Virus record (IMG/VR): IMGVR_UViG_3300027754_000035
Origin: a virus
Lineage: Duplodnaviria; Caudoviricetes
Direction: 5' to 3' (one strand)
Length of the DNA: 64,000 nt
The notes under the pieces are model-generated. The model saw only the letters and a program-made list of their open reading frames with translations. It ran no database searches and was not told the DNA's origin. This document shows, in pieces, positions 9,095 to 19,603 of the stretch. The first letter of the stretch is position 1. Each line of letters starts with the position of its first letter. A program made the position numbers and the translations under genes.

Positions 9095-9754
9095 ATGAAT
9101 ATCATTGGTATATCTGGTCTAGCCAGAAGCGGTAAAGATTTGTTTACGAGTGTCGCCATCGACATTCTTAAAACTGAACACAACATCAAGGCTGAACGTC
9201 ACGCCTTGGCGTATGAACTCAAGAATGATTTACACGATCTTGTGAAAAACAAGGTGGGCATCGACACATTTACAGAGGATACAAAGTCCAAGACAGTTAT
9301 TAGACCTTTATTGGTCGCATATGGTGACGTAATGCGCAAAACCAGCGAAGGTAAGTATTGGACGCAAAAGATGGAGCAGCGAATTGCCAAAAGCAAGGCT
9401 GATGTGTTTTTTGTAACAGATATTCGGTACGATTTGTATCCAGAAGATGAATGCAACTGGGTACAACGCAAAATGGCGGGAAAACTCATTCATATTACGA
9501 AGTATCAGGTAACTGCTCCGCCGCCAGGTCGCAGAATTAGTAGCAAGAAGCCAACCAAGATTTATGAGATTGCCCCAAACGAGCATGAATTGTTTAACAA
9601 TCCAAAAGTCAAGAAACGTGCTGACTATGCGTTTGAGTGGGAAGATGTATCCAATAAATGTGCTGCATCAGAAGAACTCATACAAAATGAATACATCCGA
9701 GACATGGTACGGACTGCTTTGGCAAGTATTGGACAGATTTCAGCGCAATTGTAA
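9095..9754 (+). CDS. deoxynucleoside monophosphate kinase (T4 gp1-like)
   Basis: IIGISGLARSGKD P-loop, RPLLVAYGD, VTDIRY. Confidence 0.85.
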   Translation: MNIIGISGLARSGKDLFTSVAIDILKTEHNIKAERHALAYELKNDLHDLVKNKVGIDTFTEDTKSKTVIRPLLVAYGDVMRKTSEGKYWTQKMEQRIAKSKADVFFVTDIRYDLYPEDECNWVQRKMAGKLIHITKYQVTAPPPGRRISSKKPTKIYEIAPNEHELFNNPKVKKRADYAFEWEDVSNKCAASEELIQNEYIRDMVRTALASIGQISAQL

Positions 9755-10021
9755 TCTTAGTACGTAATGATGAGTGTCATGATTAAACAATAATTCAGCA
9801 TCACTTGTTTTAGTGGCGAAGTACTCTTTGAGTGCCTCGCCATTTTGTTTAATAAAATTGATGTACATGATGTTGCATTCGTTTGACTTCTTTTGCTTTT
9901 GTTCTTTTTTACAATTGCAAATAGATGCTACGTTACGAATACAATCGCCCAACGGGCCAGCAATAACGGGCAAATCGTCTTTGACTAAGTTATAAAATGA
10001 TTGATAGTTTCCAATGTTCAT
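9740..10021 (-). CDS. hypothetical protein
   Basis: Start reassigned to ATG 10021, which overlaps the upstream stop (ATGA); CNC motif. Confidence 0.65.
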   Translation of the reverse strand: MNIGNYQSFYNLVKDDLPVIAGPLGDCIRNVASICNCKKEQKQKKSNECNIMYINFIKQNGEALKEYFATKTSDAELLFNHDTHHYVLRLQLR

Positions 10022-10389
10022 AACAGTTTGCGTATCACCAAATAAATAGTCAATGTCAAACAATAGTTGATTGGAAACATAACAATGGCTTGTTGCCAAT
10101 TCCAAAACACAGCTGTGTGTACCAGAGTGGACCAAAACGTCAAACAAATCGGGCAACTCAATAATTTGCTCAAATAACCAGAATATTCAGCATACAAAAA
10201 ATCTGGATACGATGCCATGACATTTACATTATTGATATGATCTTGATATTCGTTGATTTTTAACCAACGCCATACAAAGTCCAATGTCATCAATTTTGAT
10301 AATTTGGCAATTGTGTATATAATATCGCTGTGTAACCAAACGATCATAGCAAATATTACATAAAAATTTGGGTATAGAGTGTATAACAT
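10018..10389 (-). CDS. membrane protein with CPICLTFW motif (DUF1360-like)
   Basis: Hydrophobic segments and a CPxCxxxW motif. Confidence 0.65.
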   Translation of the reverse strand: MLYTLYPNFYVIFAMIVWLHSDIIYTIAKLSKLMTLDFVWRWLKINEYQDHINNVNVMASYPDFLYAEYSGYLSKLLSCPICLTFWSTLVHTAVFWNWQQAIVMFPINYCLTLTIYLVIRKLL

Positions 10390-10391
10390 AG

Positions 10392-11567
10392 TTATTTTAT
10401 ATTTATCAACGTTTCCTTGTAATCCACCAATTTGTTGACCTTGATTTTGAAAATGTCATATTCAAGCTCACCCGGTTGACCACTGTCTTCCAACATTTGT
10501 TGCAATATGTTAAAGAACTCAAAACTTTGATTGGTAATTTTGTTACCATCAAAGGTCACTACAACATCATTATTTTTTGGTTCATCATATTGTTTGAGCT
10601 TCTTGTTAAGATCATAGCGAGTGTTTTTTTGCTCTGCTTTGATGTATCTGCTGTATTCAACATCTGTATATAATGTATCGCACCAAGGTTCAAGTAGTGC
10701 CACACGATACTCATCACAATTAATCACAACAAAACCTACGTTATACCTATTGGGTACCACAGGCTTCATCATGTCGTTGTGTTTTACAAAATGTCCCCAT
10801 TTACGAATAAAGTTTCTGGCACTCTTGACGTTTTGTTGTTGCCACTCATCACTGTCCTTACCAATGGCCGTGATGGTTGGATTGAACCTACTACCACGAC
10901 ATGTTAGATGATACACACACGCTTCCCACAATTGTACAAACTTGTAGCCCGACAAAAAGAATCGATTGAAGATATCGCTATCTTCTTTGCTGGTTGGTGC
11001 AAAAAGCAAATCGTGACCACCAATCTTTAGAAAATCTTGTTTGTAAATTGCCCATGGAGCAAACACACCCTCTGTGGTTTTATCTTTTCGGCTTACTTTG
11101 GTGGTCAACAACCATTTGTCAAATTCATCCTTTTTGAAAGTTTCGGGTTCCATACCAAAATCTTGGACAATCTTTTCTGGACCGCCTGGATGCAACGGTG
11201 GTTCTATGCGGGTCAAACAAACAACTGTTTGTGGAACAAGATGCTTTTCAATCAACAGATCAGCATTTTTGCTGATATACATGTCAGCGTGGTAAATCAT
11301 CACCACATCATTGGTGGCAACGGTCTCCACCAAAATATTGTAAAGCTCAGTCATACCTTTGCGAGCAGGACCATCATTGCGTATGGCTTTGAAATTTGGA
11401 TCTTGCTGTTGCATTTCTTGACACCATTCCCAAGTACCATCTGAACTAGCATCATCAGCAACACACACTTCGTGATTTTTATGGCTGAGATTGTTACGAA
11501 TCGCATCATAACACCATTTTAGATATTTGAGATTGTTTCTTGCGGGTATAATAAAACTAATGTTCAT
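10392..11567 (-). CDS. GT2-family glycosyltransferase
   Basis: ISFIIPARN, VADDASSDGT, HADM, EDSD, YHLTCRGSR. Confidence 0.9.
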   Translation of the reverse strand: MNISFIIPARNNLKYLKWCYDAIRNNLSHKNHEVCVADDASSDGTWEWCQEMQQQDPNFKAIRNDGPARKGMTELYNILVETVATNDVVMIYHADMYISKNADLLIEKHLVPQTVVCLTRIEPPLHPGGPEKIVQDFGMEPETFKKDEFDKWLLTTKVSRKDKTTEGVFAPWAIYKQDFLKIGGHDLLFAPTSKEDSDIFNRFFLSGYKFVQLWEACVYHLTCRGSRFNPTITAIGKDSDEWQQQNVKSARNFIRKWGHFVKHNDMMKPVVPNRYNVGFVVINCDEYRVALLEPWCDTLYTDVEYSRYIKAEQKNTRYDLNKKLKQYDEPKNNDVVVTFDGNKITNQSFEFFNILQQMLEDSGQPGELEYDIFKIKVNKLVDYKETLINIK

Positions 11568-11581
11568 AACTATAAATATAA

Positions 11582-12334
11582 CTATATCACAACTCCTAAT
11601 GATTTCAACTGATTTAATAATTCCATTATTTGATTTACTTTTGTGACAAGAAATTTAGCATTCAACCGTTGTTGTACAACATGTGTTGCAAAACAACTAA
11701 CGTCAAGTACCTGAGTTTGATTAAATGTGAAAAAGTTGTATTTTTTAATTTCATTTTTTAACAACAATTCGGTAAATTTCATATCAAATTCGAACGGATT
11801 GTAGTCTTCGGACCACACTGGACAGTTCAAAATAGAATCCACATGCACAGCATTTAATCCTCCTCTGATCCACTCGTTTTCTACACCCACCAACAAATTT
11901 TTGTTTTTGGCAAAAATTTTTCGTATTTGTGATTGAAATTCTTCGGATCGATAATGAACCAAGTCAGTGTCTATTTTACAAAATATAGCATCGATATATT
12001 CGTCTTTATGTTGTTCAAGATACTGCTTCAATAAATTGAATTTGCAAGCCATAGAGTTTTGTTGACTTTCAATGAATATTGTTTTGGGACCAAGAAGCGA
12101 CGACAAATACTGTTTGTAGCTTGTATCACCCTTTTGTCCAGACACCAGAACAAAATATGTGTATTTGTGAGTTAATTCTATAAAATTGGTATTGATGGAT
12201 GTGTAGGCATCCATAGAAACATCCAAGAATGTATAGTAACAAATTTGGTTATTCATAGTATCTTCGATTGGCTGTTGCTGCAATACAATCGACTTATGTA
12301 ATACATTCGGTAAAAAACGTTGTATGTCAATCAT
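11582..12334 (-). CDS. putative GT-A fold glycosyltransferase
   Basis: KIDTDL DxD motif; operon context. Confidence 0.55.
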   Translation of the reverse strand: MIDIQRFLPNVLHKSIVLQQQPIEDTMNNQICYYTFLDVSMDAYTSINTNFIELTHKYTYFVLVSGQKGDTSYKQYLSSLLGPKTIFIESQQNSMACKFNLLKQYLEQHKDEYIDAIFCKIDTDLVHYRSEEFQSQIRKIFAKNKNLLVGVENEWIRGGLNAVHVDSILNCPVWSEDYNPFEFDMKFTELLLKNEIKKYNFFTFNQTQVLDVSCFATHVVQQRLNAKFLVTKVNQIMELLNQLKSLGVVI

Positions 12335-13101
12335 AAGTATAGTTTATTATAAGTCTTGGTCATCCAATGGTGTACTTGATTACCATAACTAGTATCTGGT
12401 ATACCGTTGAAATGATATACCCAACCAAACTTGGTGAATGGTAAACCGTCGGTAAGACCCTCCAATAAATTCAGCCCCATCATATTGAATTCATAAGGAA
12501 GTATTTTTGTAGAAACACTGTTTGTCTGCAAAAAGAAATTCATGGGTGTTTGGTCAGTACCCAACTTGATTTGTGTTTCACACTGATAAATCAAGTCTTT
12601 ATTGTCAGAGTAAAACTGTTTGAACTTGTTGAGATGATTTTTATGAGCGGCATTTACAATTTGAAATCCACCATTGATGTAACTCCAAATATCTAGTTCG
12701 TAATCGTTGAACAAAGCTTTGCTGTAACACTCAACACTGCGCATTACCCACTCATACACAACACCGTCATGAACTCCTGTATACAGTCCATTGGTCAATT
12801 CAAAGAAATTTGGACAGTCGGGATGTACAATGGTATCCGCGTCAACAATCAACACTTGATTGTAATCAACACCACTGTTCTCTAATAAATCCAATACGTA
12901 ATAACGCTGCCAAGCCATGCTTGTGATGTTGGTATCCATCAATGGTTGATCCAATACCACAACGTCACAATTATGTTTTTTAGCAAAGTTGCGCCAACTA
13001 CGAATACTCATATCAAATATGCTGCTTATCAATGGTGTATTACGCAGCTTCTTTTCACCGTTATTCGATACAACTGCTGGTATAAAAATAATATTTTTCA
13101 T
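12331..13101 (-). CDS. GT8/GT34-like glycosyltransferase
   Basis: VDADT DxD, YINGG, DQTPMN, YHFNG; start at 13101 (ATGA overlap). Confidence 0.8.
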   Translation of the reverse strand: MKNIIFIPAVVSNNGEKKLRNTPLISSIFDMSIRSWRNFAKKHNCDVVVLDQPLMDTNITSMAWQRYYVLDLLENSGVDYNQVLIVDADTIVHPDCPNFFELTNGLYTGVHDGVVYEWVMRSVECYSKALFNDYELDIWSYINGGFQIVNAAHKNHLNKFKQFYSDNKDLIYQCETQIKLGTDQTPMNFFLQTNSVSTKILPYEFNMMGLNLLEGLTDGLPFTKFGWVYHFNGIPDTSYGNQVHHWMTKTYNKLYL

Positions 13102-13859
13102 TGATATTTTATTTTGATATCTGCCCAAATTTGGTTAATTAAATGATTGCGTTGTTCAATCGGAAATCCAGTAAAGTGCCAAAGATATGTGTATTTGAAA
13201 AAGAAAGGAACTGTGTCGTTGAGTTTGTCATTGTACCACAACAATCCTTTTTTGACCATACCAACTGTGTTCCATGAATATGGAAGATATTTGCACTTTA
13301 TACCCTCTTGCTTCAGATGAAAATTAAGCAAAGTTTGTTCTTTACCTGTGTTTGGTACGTTCCAATTATCTAGCACGGATTTGTTGTCGAGGTAAAACTT
13401 TTTGAGCTTTTCAAAGAATGGTTTGTGGTCTTTTGTGAAAAATAGCACACCACCATTGATATGCTCGCTTAATCCAACATGCATGTCTTTGAATTGTGGA
13501 AATGCTTTGCGATATGCGGTTTGACTGTTGTCCATCCAACTGATGCTGGTTTGGTCCAATACACCAACAAATTCATCGGTGTATAGATCAAAAATATTTG
13601 GAGCATCCCATTTGATCATGGTATCAAAATCGACAATACCAATTTTTTCATAGCTATCACCAACATAGTCAAACACAAACTCTTTGTGCCAGACACTGTA
13701 TTTGACATTGGGCATTTTATTTCGCACAACAAAAAAGTCGATATTGTTTTTGTTGCAGTAATATTGCCATGCGTCAATTGTATGTTCAAAATAGGTTTTG
13801 TGAGAATGTTTTGATAACTCATCCTCAATCGCAACCATCATAATGCAATTTTTATTCAT
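13098..13859 (-). CDS. GT8/GT34-like glycosyltransferase, paralog of 12331
   Basis: VDFDT, HINGGV, EQTLLN, WHFTG. Confidence 0.8.
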   Translation of the reverse strand: MNKNCIMMVAIEDELSKHSHKTYFEHTIDAWQYYCNKNNIDFFVVRNKMPNVKYSVWHKEFVFDYVGDSYEKIGIVDFDTMIKWDAPNIFDLYTDEFVGVLDQTSISWMDNSQTAYRKAFPQFKDMHVGLSEHINGGVLFFTKDHKPFFEKLKKFYLDNKSVLDNWNVPNTGKEQTLLNFHLKQEGIKCKYLPYSWNTVGMVKKGLLWYNDKLNDTVPFFFKYTYLWHFTGFPIEQRNHLINQIWADIKIKYQ

Positions 13860-14422
13860 GAAATCTCTTTGCAGATTAGTCCCTCATAATCATGCAACTT
13901 GCGAGTAAACACTTCACCTGTAGCATGTCCGATTTTTTTAATAATCTCAATTTTGTTGGACAAAATCAACGCATCAACTGCATCTTTAACATCTGGTATG
14001 CTGCCGTAATCGTCGTAGATAAAGTACTTCTTACCAGACGAATTGAAGTTCAATGATCGCAGAGTATCATTGATTACAGCGTCATAGCTATGATTGGCAT
14101 CAACCAAGAATACATCACCCGTATCAATTGGAATTTTTGTGGTATAAATATCTTGGGTATAAAATTTCACATTGGGTCTGTTGGCGTTAAATTCCACGGC
14201 TTGATCAGCACAACTAAGGTTGAAACCAGATACATCTTTGAATAGATAGCTCAATATCTTGGTGGTGTAGCCCAAATTACTACCCCACTCTACACAAATC
14301 TTATCTTTGAATTCCGGCTTGTCAAAAAATTCAAACACATCACGTTTGAACCTATGGCTGGTTGTATCTTTGTGTTGAAACTTATCGGGAATAGTTAACA
14401 ATAGTTCATCAATGATAGCCAT
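13856..14422 (-). CDS. class I SAM-dependent methyltransferase (Methyltransf_24-like)
   Basis: VEWGSNLG, VDANHSY, IYDDY. Confidence 0.75.
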   Translation of the reverse strand: MAIIDELLLTIPDKFQHKDTTSHRFKRDVFEFFDKPEFKDKICVEWGSNLGYTTKILSYLFKDVSGFNLSCADQAVEFNANRPNVKFYTQDIYTTKIPIDTGDVFLVDANHSYDAVINDTLRSLNFNSSGKKYFIYDDYGSIPDVKDAVDALILSNKIEIIKKIGHATGEVFTRKLHDYEGLICKEIS

Positions 14423-14425
14423 ATA

Positions 14426-15232
14426 TTAGTTGTTTCTTTTGTTCATATGTTCGTTGCTCTCCAACACTGTTTTGAGAATGCTCAGATCCACACCAACTTT
14501 GTCGCCATACGCAACCATAGCTTTTGTATCTTTTGGCAAACACTTGCCACCAAATCCACGTTCATCGGCAAACACAGCGGTATGACTACGGTTTGTGCGC
14601 GGGTCCAACAACCACAGATCACGGACTTCGGACCAATGCGTTCCACTCTTTTCACACAAATCGTACAATTCATTAACAAATGCGACTTTCATTGCAAAAT
14701 ATGTGTTTTCAACATACTTGGTAATTTCCGCACTGATACTGTCTGTGACACGATAAGTTTTGCTTGGCCCAGTAATGGGCATATACAAATCAACTAGCTT
14801 ATGACCAACTTCTTTATCATCAGTACCAAAAATAAAGAATGGAGTTTGCTTTACATCTGTAGTAAATCCTTGTGGTGTCCAATATTTACTCTCACCCGCA
14901 AATTCAGGACTAAATACAATCTTCTTGTTGTATTTTTCAGCGAGTCGTTTGGTGGTACCAATTTCGATTGTGGATTTGATCAAAATGATTGGGGTCTGCA
15001 ACCACGCAACACTATCTTCAACAAAGTCTGTGTTGCAGCTATTGTCATCATTTGACGGCGTAGGCACACACACAACACCCACATCGCATTCATTAATGAT
15101 GTCTTTATCGTTGAATCCGGCAATGGCTGGGTCATAGATCCGCACTTCATAATGATCCTTAAAAAAGGCGTGAAATGCCTTGCCCACATAACCAAATCCC
15201 ACGATACCAATTTTAATTTTTGATTTGCTCAT
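14426..15232 (-). CDS. UDP-glucose/GDP-mannose 6-dehydrogenase family protein (short form)
   Basis: GFGYVG Rossmann motif, CVPTP, IKST, FSPEF, GFGGKCLPKD with catalytic Cys. Confidence 0.9.
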   Translation of the reverse strand: MSKSKIKIGIVGFGYVGKAFHAFFKDHYEVRIYDPAIAGFNDKDIINECDVGVVCVPTPSNDDNSCNTDFVEDSVAWLQTPIILIKSTIEIGTTKRLAEKYNKKIVFSPEFAGESKYWTPQGFTTDVKQTPFFIFGTDDKEVGHKLVDLYMPITGPSKTYRVTDSISAEITKYVENTYFAMKVAFVNELYDLCEKSGTHWSEVRDLWLLDPRTNRSHTAVFADERGFGGKCLPKDTKAMVAYGDKVGVDLSILKTVLESNEHMNKRNN

Positions 15233-16157
15233 AAATTGTATTCCAACGTACTTTCCAAATTGTCTCTGAATAATATAGTTGATATAAATCTTTAGATTTC
15301 AAAGAAACGTAATTATAAAATTCAACATCATTCTTTAGTTTGATCGCCAATGCATTTGCACCAACAATGTCACCAACGCCCACCGATAGATCTGGAAACA
15401 AAGTTTGCTGTGTATCCAATCCTTTGTAACCGATGCATGGTATGCCCCAATAAGCACAATTGAGTGCAAATGTGCCGGCAGCGTGTGTACGCATCAAATG
15501 TACTCCTACGTTGAAATTGGCTAGTGTTCGCATCCAATTAGTCCACGTCATATATGGCAGATGCAGAAGATTTGGAAATTGTTCTTCGTTGTTTATTTTG
15601 CGTCCCATACTTGGAACGTAAATTGGCTTACCGAAATTTTGTGCCACAAAATAGCTATCCACGCCACCATACCAACTACAGAAATTGCCGCCAATTATTG
15701 GCATACCATTATTTTCTCTAATAACTCCAGCTAGAGTATCTGTAATCATTAGTGATTGTAGATTGAATGTGGGTTTTTTGAATATACCTTTGAAGTACGC
15801 AATATCACTAATATTATGAACCAGCAGAAAATCCATCTCACTTAGAAAATTGATATAATTGACTTGTTGAGCATAATCGTAGTCTTGATAATACCAAGCT
15901 GGTCCTTCTTGCATCACCGCCACTTTTTTGCTGCGACGTTTTACACTATCCAACAATGCGCCTGTATCAATCAATTCTAATTTCTTTGGTAGAATTACAA
16001 CGACGAGATCGTATGTTGTATTTGAAAAAAACCAGTCTTTGTAATTTTCATGGTGTGCGTTCAATGCAATTTGCCAAGCAAACTCAGTTCTACAGTTATC
16101 AAAGGTTCTGGAGGTCTTGCCTGTAAATCCATTTTGGCTAATAAAACAAATGTTCAT
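15213..16157 (-). CDS. GT-B fold (GT4-like) glycosyltransferase
   Basis: AGTFALNCAYWGIPCIG C-terminal GT-B signature. Confidence 0.75.
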   Translation of the reverse strand: MNICFISQNGFTGKTSRTFDNCRTEFAWQIALNAHHENYKDWFFSNTTYDLVVVILPKKLELIDTGALLDSVKRRSKKVAVMQEGPAWYYQDYDYAQQVNYINFLSEMDFLLVHNISDIAYFKGIFKKPTFNLQSLMITDTLAGVIRENNGMPIIGGNFCSWYGGVDSYFVAQNFGKPIYVPSMGRKINNEEQFPNLLHLPYMTWTNWMRTLANFNVGVHLMRTHAAGTFALNCAYWGIPCIGYKGLDTQQTLFPDLSVGVGDIVGANALAIKLKNDVEFYNYVSLKSKDLYQLYYSETIWKVRWNTIYEQIKN

Positions 16158-17239
16158 AACAGATATTTTTTGTCTGAAATGGATCGCACCGTGTCTGTAA
16201 TAAACATACTTAGTGCATAATCCAACCGATTTCTTATATTTTTAATTTTTATTTTATGATTATTAAAATTTTGTATTCCATCCACCAACTTATCTTCAAA
16301 ATCTGACAAATCATCTTTATAAAAGATACACGTATCATCATGAAATAAGTCTGGATTTGTAACTATGTGTCTAATATCACCTTTACAAATTACATTTCCA
16401 TAATTTATTGCGTCTAATTCTCTGGAATTTATTTCCCCAAATCCATGTGGTGAAATCATGATTTTTGATTCTAAACAAACTTGCGCATAAGAGTTCGCAT
16501 CTAATTTTCCAGATTGTTCGGATGTTAAAATATTGAAATTATATTTTTCTAAGTTTTTTAACGTTTTGAAGATATTCAATCTATGATCGTTATAATATTT
16601 ACTTATTTCTTTTTTATAATTAGAATGTGTATTCGAAATACCGACCAAACAAATCGCATCATACTTGTAATTTACAATATCAATATTAATATTGCTTGGA
16701 TTATAAGTCATGCCACTGTTGTAAATCCAATTTGTATTTGATAAAGCTATTTTTGAGTTGAGTAATTCTACGTCGTTATTGGACAATTTATATTCTAAGT
16801 CTGGCACAAGCGGCCACCAATATCGACCAAACGACGTTGGTTTTGTATATAAACTTAAATCTCTATAATAATGCGACTTAAAGTATTTCAAACCAGGACA
16901 TTGTTTGAATACATCAAAAATACCATGCAACATGACGGAATCGTTAGTATCAAAGAAATAGAATGGCTTATCCAATGATTTTAGAAATTCAACACCACTT
17001 GCCACTGATTGTTCATATTCCAATTGCGTATTAACCACAGATCCCCAACCTACAAAGTAACAATCCGCACGTCTTTTATCATCTACAAAGTCAATTTCAT
17101 GGTTTTTGAACTTGTTCTTTAACTCTATATATGGAAGAAATGTTCTCCTATTTCTTCCTGTTATTTTAGAGACATTATTTTGACACCTTTTATTTGATAC
17201 AAATTCTATGTCTTGAGTTTCTAAGATTTTAATTTTCAT
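16154..17239 (-). CDS. putative glycosyltransferase (CgeB/Glyco_trans_1_2-like C-terminus)
   Basis: SKIMISPHGFGEINSRELDAINYG; AT-rich coding sequence. Confidence 0.65.
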   Translation of the reverse strand: MKIKILETQDIEFVSNKRCQNNVSKITGRNRRTFLPYIELKNKFKNHEIDFVDDKRRADCYFVGWGSVVNTQLEYEQSVASGVEFLKSLDKPFYFFDTNDSVMLHGIFDVFKQCPGLKYFKSHYYRDLSLYTKPTSFGRYWWPLVPDLEYKLSNNDVELLNSKIALSNTNWIYNSGMTYNPSNINIDIVNYKYDAICLVGISNTHSNYKKEISKYYNDHRLNIFKTLKNLEKYNFNILTSEQSGKLDANSYAQVCLESKIMISPHGFGEINSRELDAINYGNVICKGDIRHIVTNPDLFHDDTCIFYKDDLSDFEDKLVDGIQNFNNHKIKIKNIRNRLDYALSMFITDTVRSISDKKYLL

Positions 17240-18231
17240 CTTGACTTGATACGAGCTTTGAAGTCTTGATATGTTAAAAATTTACCGTCACCTGACGTCA
17301 AAACTTGCATATTCTTGCTGGAAATTTCTTTGAATACTTTCCACCAATCACCCTTTTCATCACCACAATATCCTCGGTTATTGTCTTCACCAAGAACACA
17401 GGTGCGTTTACCAGCCCTACGACGTGCATGAATCTTCAATAAATTCTTGAATACGTATTGAACATACTTGGTTCCCATCATCTTCTTGGCGACGAACGCA
17501 AAGCTTTCGTCATCATTGTGAACAAAGCAACCTGGAATATTTACGCCGCTGCGCACCAGATCACTGCTGATGACAAAGCAACTACCATCGATCTTGGGTT
17601 CTCGCAATACTTCGATCTTTAGATCATCAATTGTGGCGTTGATGGCGTTCATATTTTCTATTGGTAGATATGATTTGGCTTGATTCACATTGTCAACATC
17701 TGTATCATCGTAAACGTGATCGATATAATTTGGATGCACTGTGCAGTCCCAACTGTTGTCCCACATCTTGCGGTCAGCAAAACATGCCGTGAATCGATAT
17801 ACCGATAGATTGTTTATACTTGGTACCAATGACTCCAAAGCCATAAATGCTTCTTTTGGAAAACAACTGTCGGTTTCACCCCACATTAGTATGTCTACTT
17901 TGTTGCAGTAATTGGCGTTGAAATCTCGACGATAACAAGTCTGTGTATACCACTCATCATCGTTATCAACAATTCTGATATTGGTTGGTATTGCCGATGA
18001 CAATCTGGAAGCTTCGGCGTGAAATCTAGCGATGAGTTCCTTTTTACCTGTCTTGGTGGTATCTATCTTTTCAAAAAATTGAGATACGTTAAACACAAAA
18101 TCGAGATACACATTATCTTTGTTTTCAACGGTACTCAATAAGTTTAACAATCCATCAACATATGTGGACACCATATTGATTTCGTAAAACATTACGTGTA
18201 CACCAATTGCATATTTTAATTTCAGTATCAT
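17236..18231 (-). CDS. GT-A (GT2-like) glycosyltransferase
   Basis: WGETDS, KIDGS, HNDDES; operon context. Confidence 0.65.
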   Translation of the reverse strand: MILKLKYAIGVHVMFYEINMVSTYVDGLLNLLSTVENKDNVYLDFVFNVSQFFEKIDTTKTGKKELIARFHAEASRLSSAIPTNIRIVDNDDEWYTQTCYRRDFNANYCNKVDILMWGETDSCFPKEAFMALESLVPSINNLSVYRFTACFADRKMWDNSWDCTVHPNYIDHVYDDTDVDNVNQAKSYLPIENMNAINATIDDLKIEVLREPKIDGSCFVISSDLVRSGVNIPGCFVHNDDESFAFVAKKMMGTKYVQYVFKNLLKIHARRRAGKRTCVLGEDNNRGYCGDEKGDWWKVFKEISSKNMQVLTSGDGKFLTYQDFKARIKSR

Positions 18232-18968
18232 AGTTTATATTGTTGGATAATATCATGCAGATGTTGAGGTATCAATACTTTATTTTCACATAGCCCCAAA
18301 AATTTGTTGCGATCTTTTTCATGCAACAGTTTTACATGAACTGCCTTGATCGGTTTTATAGCACATTCATATCTGTCTTCAAACGACGTCATACCCAAAT
18401 TATACTGTGGAGTCAGTGTGGTGCAGTCAGCATTAAAAGTTGGTAGTGTGGTTTGTAGATGCAAAACGATTTGTTCATCAGAATACCATTTGGGCCCACG
18501 ACCATCGTCCAGCTTAGAAATTCCGTCTCTATTTGTTTCGTAAAATTCGCATATAAAATCCAATAGAATCTGTGACCGTTTGTTGAAAAAGAACGATCCA
18601 CCGTTCCAATTTGTATTTTTTTTGCTATACGGACAGCCTGCAAATCTACCAACAAATTCTGGATATTCGAAATGATCTATTTGCCAAACATCGTAGTCAT
18701 GTAACCAAATATCGTCGTGGTATTGTGCGAGTAGATCTTTACACACATAAAATTTGTTGGCCCATACGTTGAAATCACACAACCTTTTTGGAAATGTGTT
18801 TTTAATACCACGATACTCAAAATCAAAATTAGTAACAACAATCAGATCCTCTGGGTTACAACCGTAGTGCAAGCTATTGTCAATCTGGGCATATAAATAC
18901 CGCAGTATGTTATCGTGAGCATGATATGGAGTATCATCCAACTTTAGATATAAAACGACATTCTTCAT
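18228..18968 (-). CDS. putative GT-A nucleotide-sugar transferase
   Basis: LHDYD DxD, WNGGSFF, SDEQ, VHVK. Confidence 0.65.
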   Translation of the reverse strand: MKNVVLYLKLDDTPYHAHDNILRYLYAQIDNSLHYGCNPEDLIVVTNFDFEYRGIKNTFPKRLCDFNVWANKFYVCKDLLAQYHDDIWLHDYDVWQIDHFEYPEFVGRFAGCPYSKKNTNWNGGSFFFNKRSQILLDFICEFYETNRDGISKLDDGRGPKWYSDEQIVLHLQTTLPTFNADCTTLTPQYNLGMTSFEDRYECAIKPIKAVHVKLLHEKDRNKFLGLCENKVLIPQHLHDIIQQYKL

Positions 18969-19603
18969 CGCTTTTCTACCAATATCTGATAATCTTTATG
19001 GATTACATTGATTTTTTTGTTGAATGCTTGTAAGAATGCTTCAATACCAAGACCACATTCTCCCCAACCATAGTCATCAAACAGAATCAAACCGTTTTGT
19101 TTGACACAATCAAAGCTGCTGATAGCATCTCGCAACACCTGATCCGGGTCGTGTGACGCATCGATATAAATAAAATCAAATTGTTGTTGATTCGTCCTAA
19201 AGAAATCGTTGGTGCTAGTTTGTACAAATGTGCATTGGTTTCTATCAATATATGGTTGTAAATTTTGCAAACAATCAATCACAATTTCTTGATTGTCCAA
19301 CATTCTTTTTTGTTTTTCTCCGTGTGTCAGACGAATGTTTGTGAGGTCGATTGTGGTCAGATGGCAATTTGTAGCCGTCAATACATTCTCCATCATCCAA
19401 ACTGATGCTCTACCTTGCGCAGTTCCCAATTCTAGAAATTTCAAATTTTCAATATCATAAAATCTGGTAAGAAACATTTCCCAATTTTTGATATGAATAG
19501 TGAAATCATCCCAAGGACAAAAGAAATGGTCTGGGTAAGTATATAGATTGGCGGTTCTATTAAACGGATCGCCATATTTAGCACGTAATTCGGTAGTATT
19601 CAT
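18965..19603 (-). CDS. class I SAM methyltransferase (Methyltransf_24-like)
   Basis: LELGTAQG, FDFIYIDASH, ILFDDY. Confidence 0.85.
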   Translation of the reverse strand: MNTTELRAKYGDPFNRTANLYTYPDHFFCPWDDFTIHIKNWEMFLTRFYDIENLKFLELGTAQGRASVWMMENVLTATNCHLTTIDLTNIRLTHGEKQKRMLDNQEIVIDCLQNLQPYIDRNQCTFVQTSTNDFFRTNQQQFDFIYIDASHDPDQVLRDAISSFDCVKQNGLILFDDYGWGECGLGIEAFLQAFNKKINVIHKDYQILVEKR

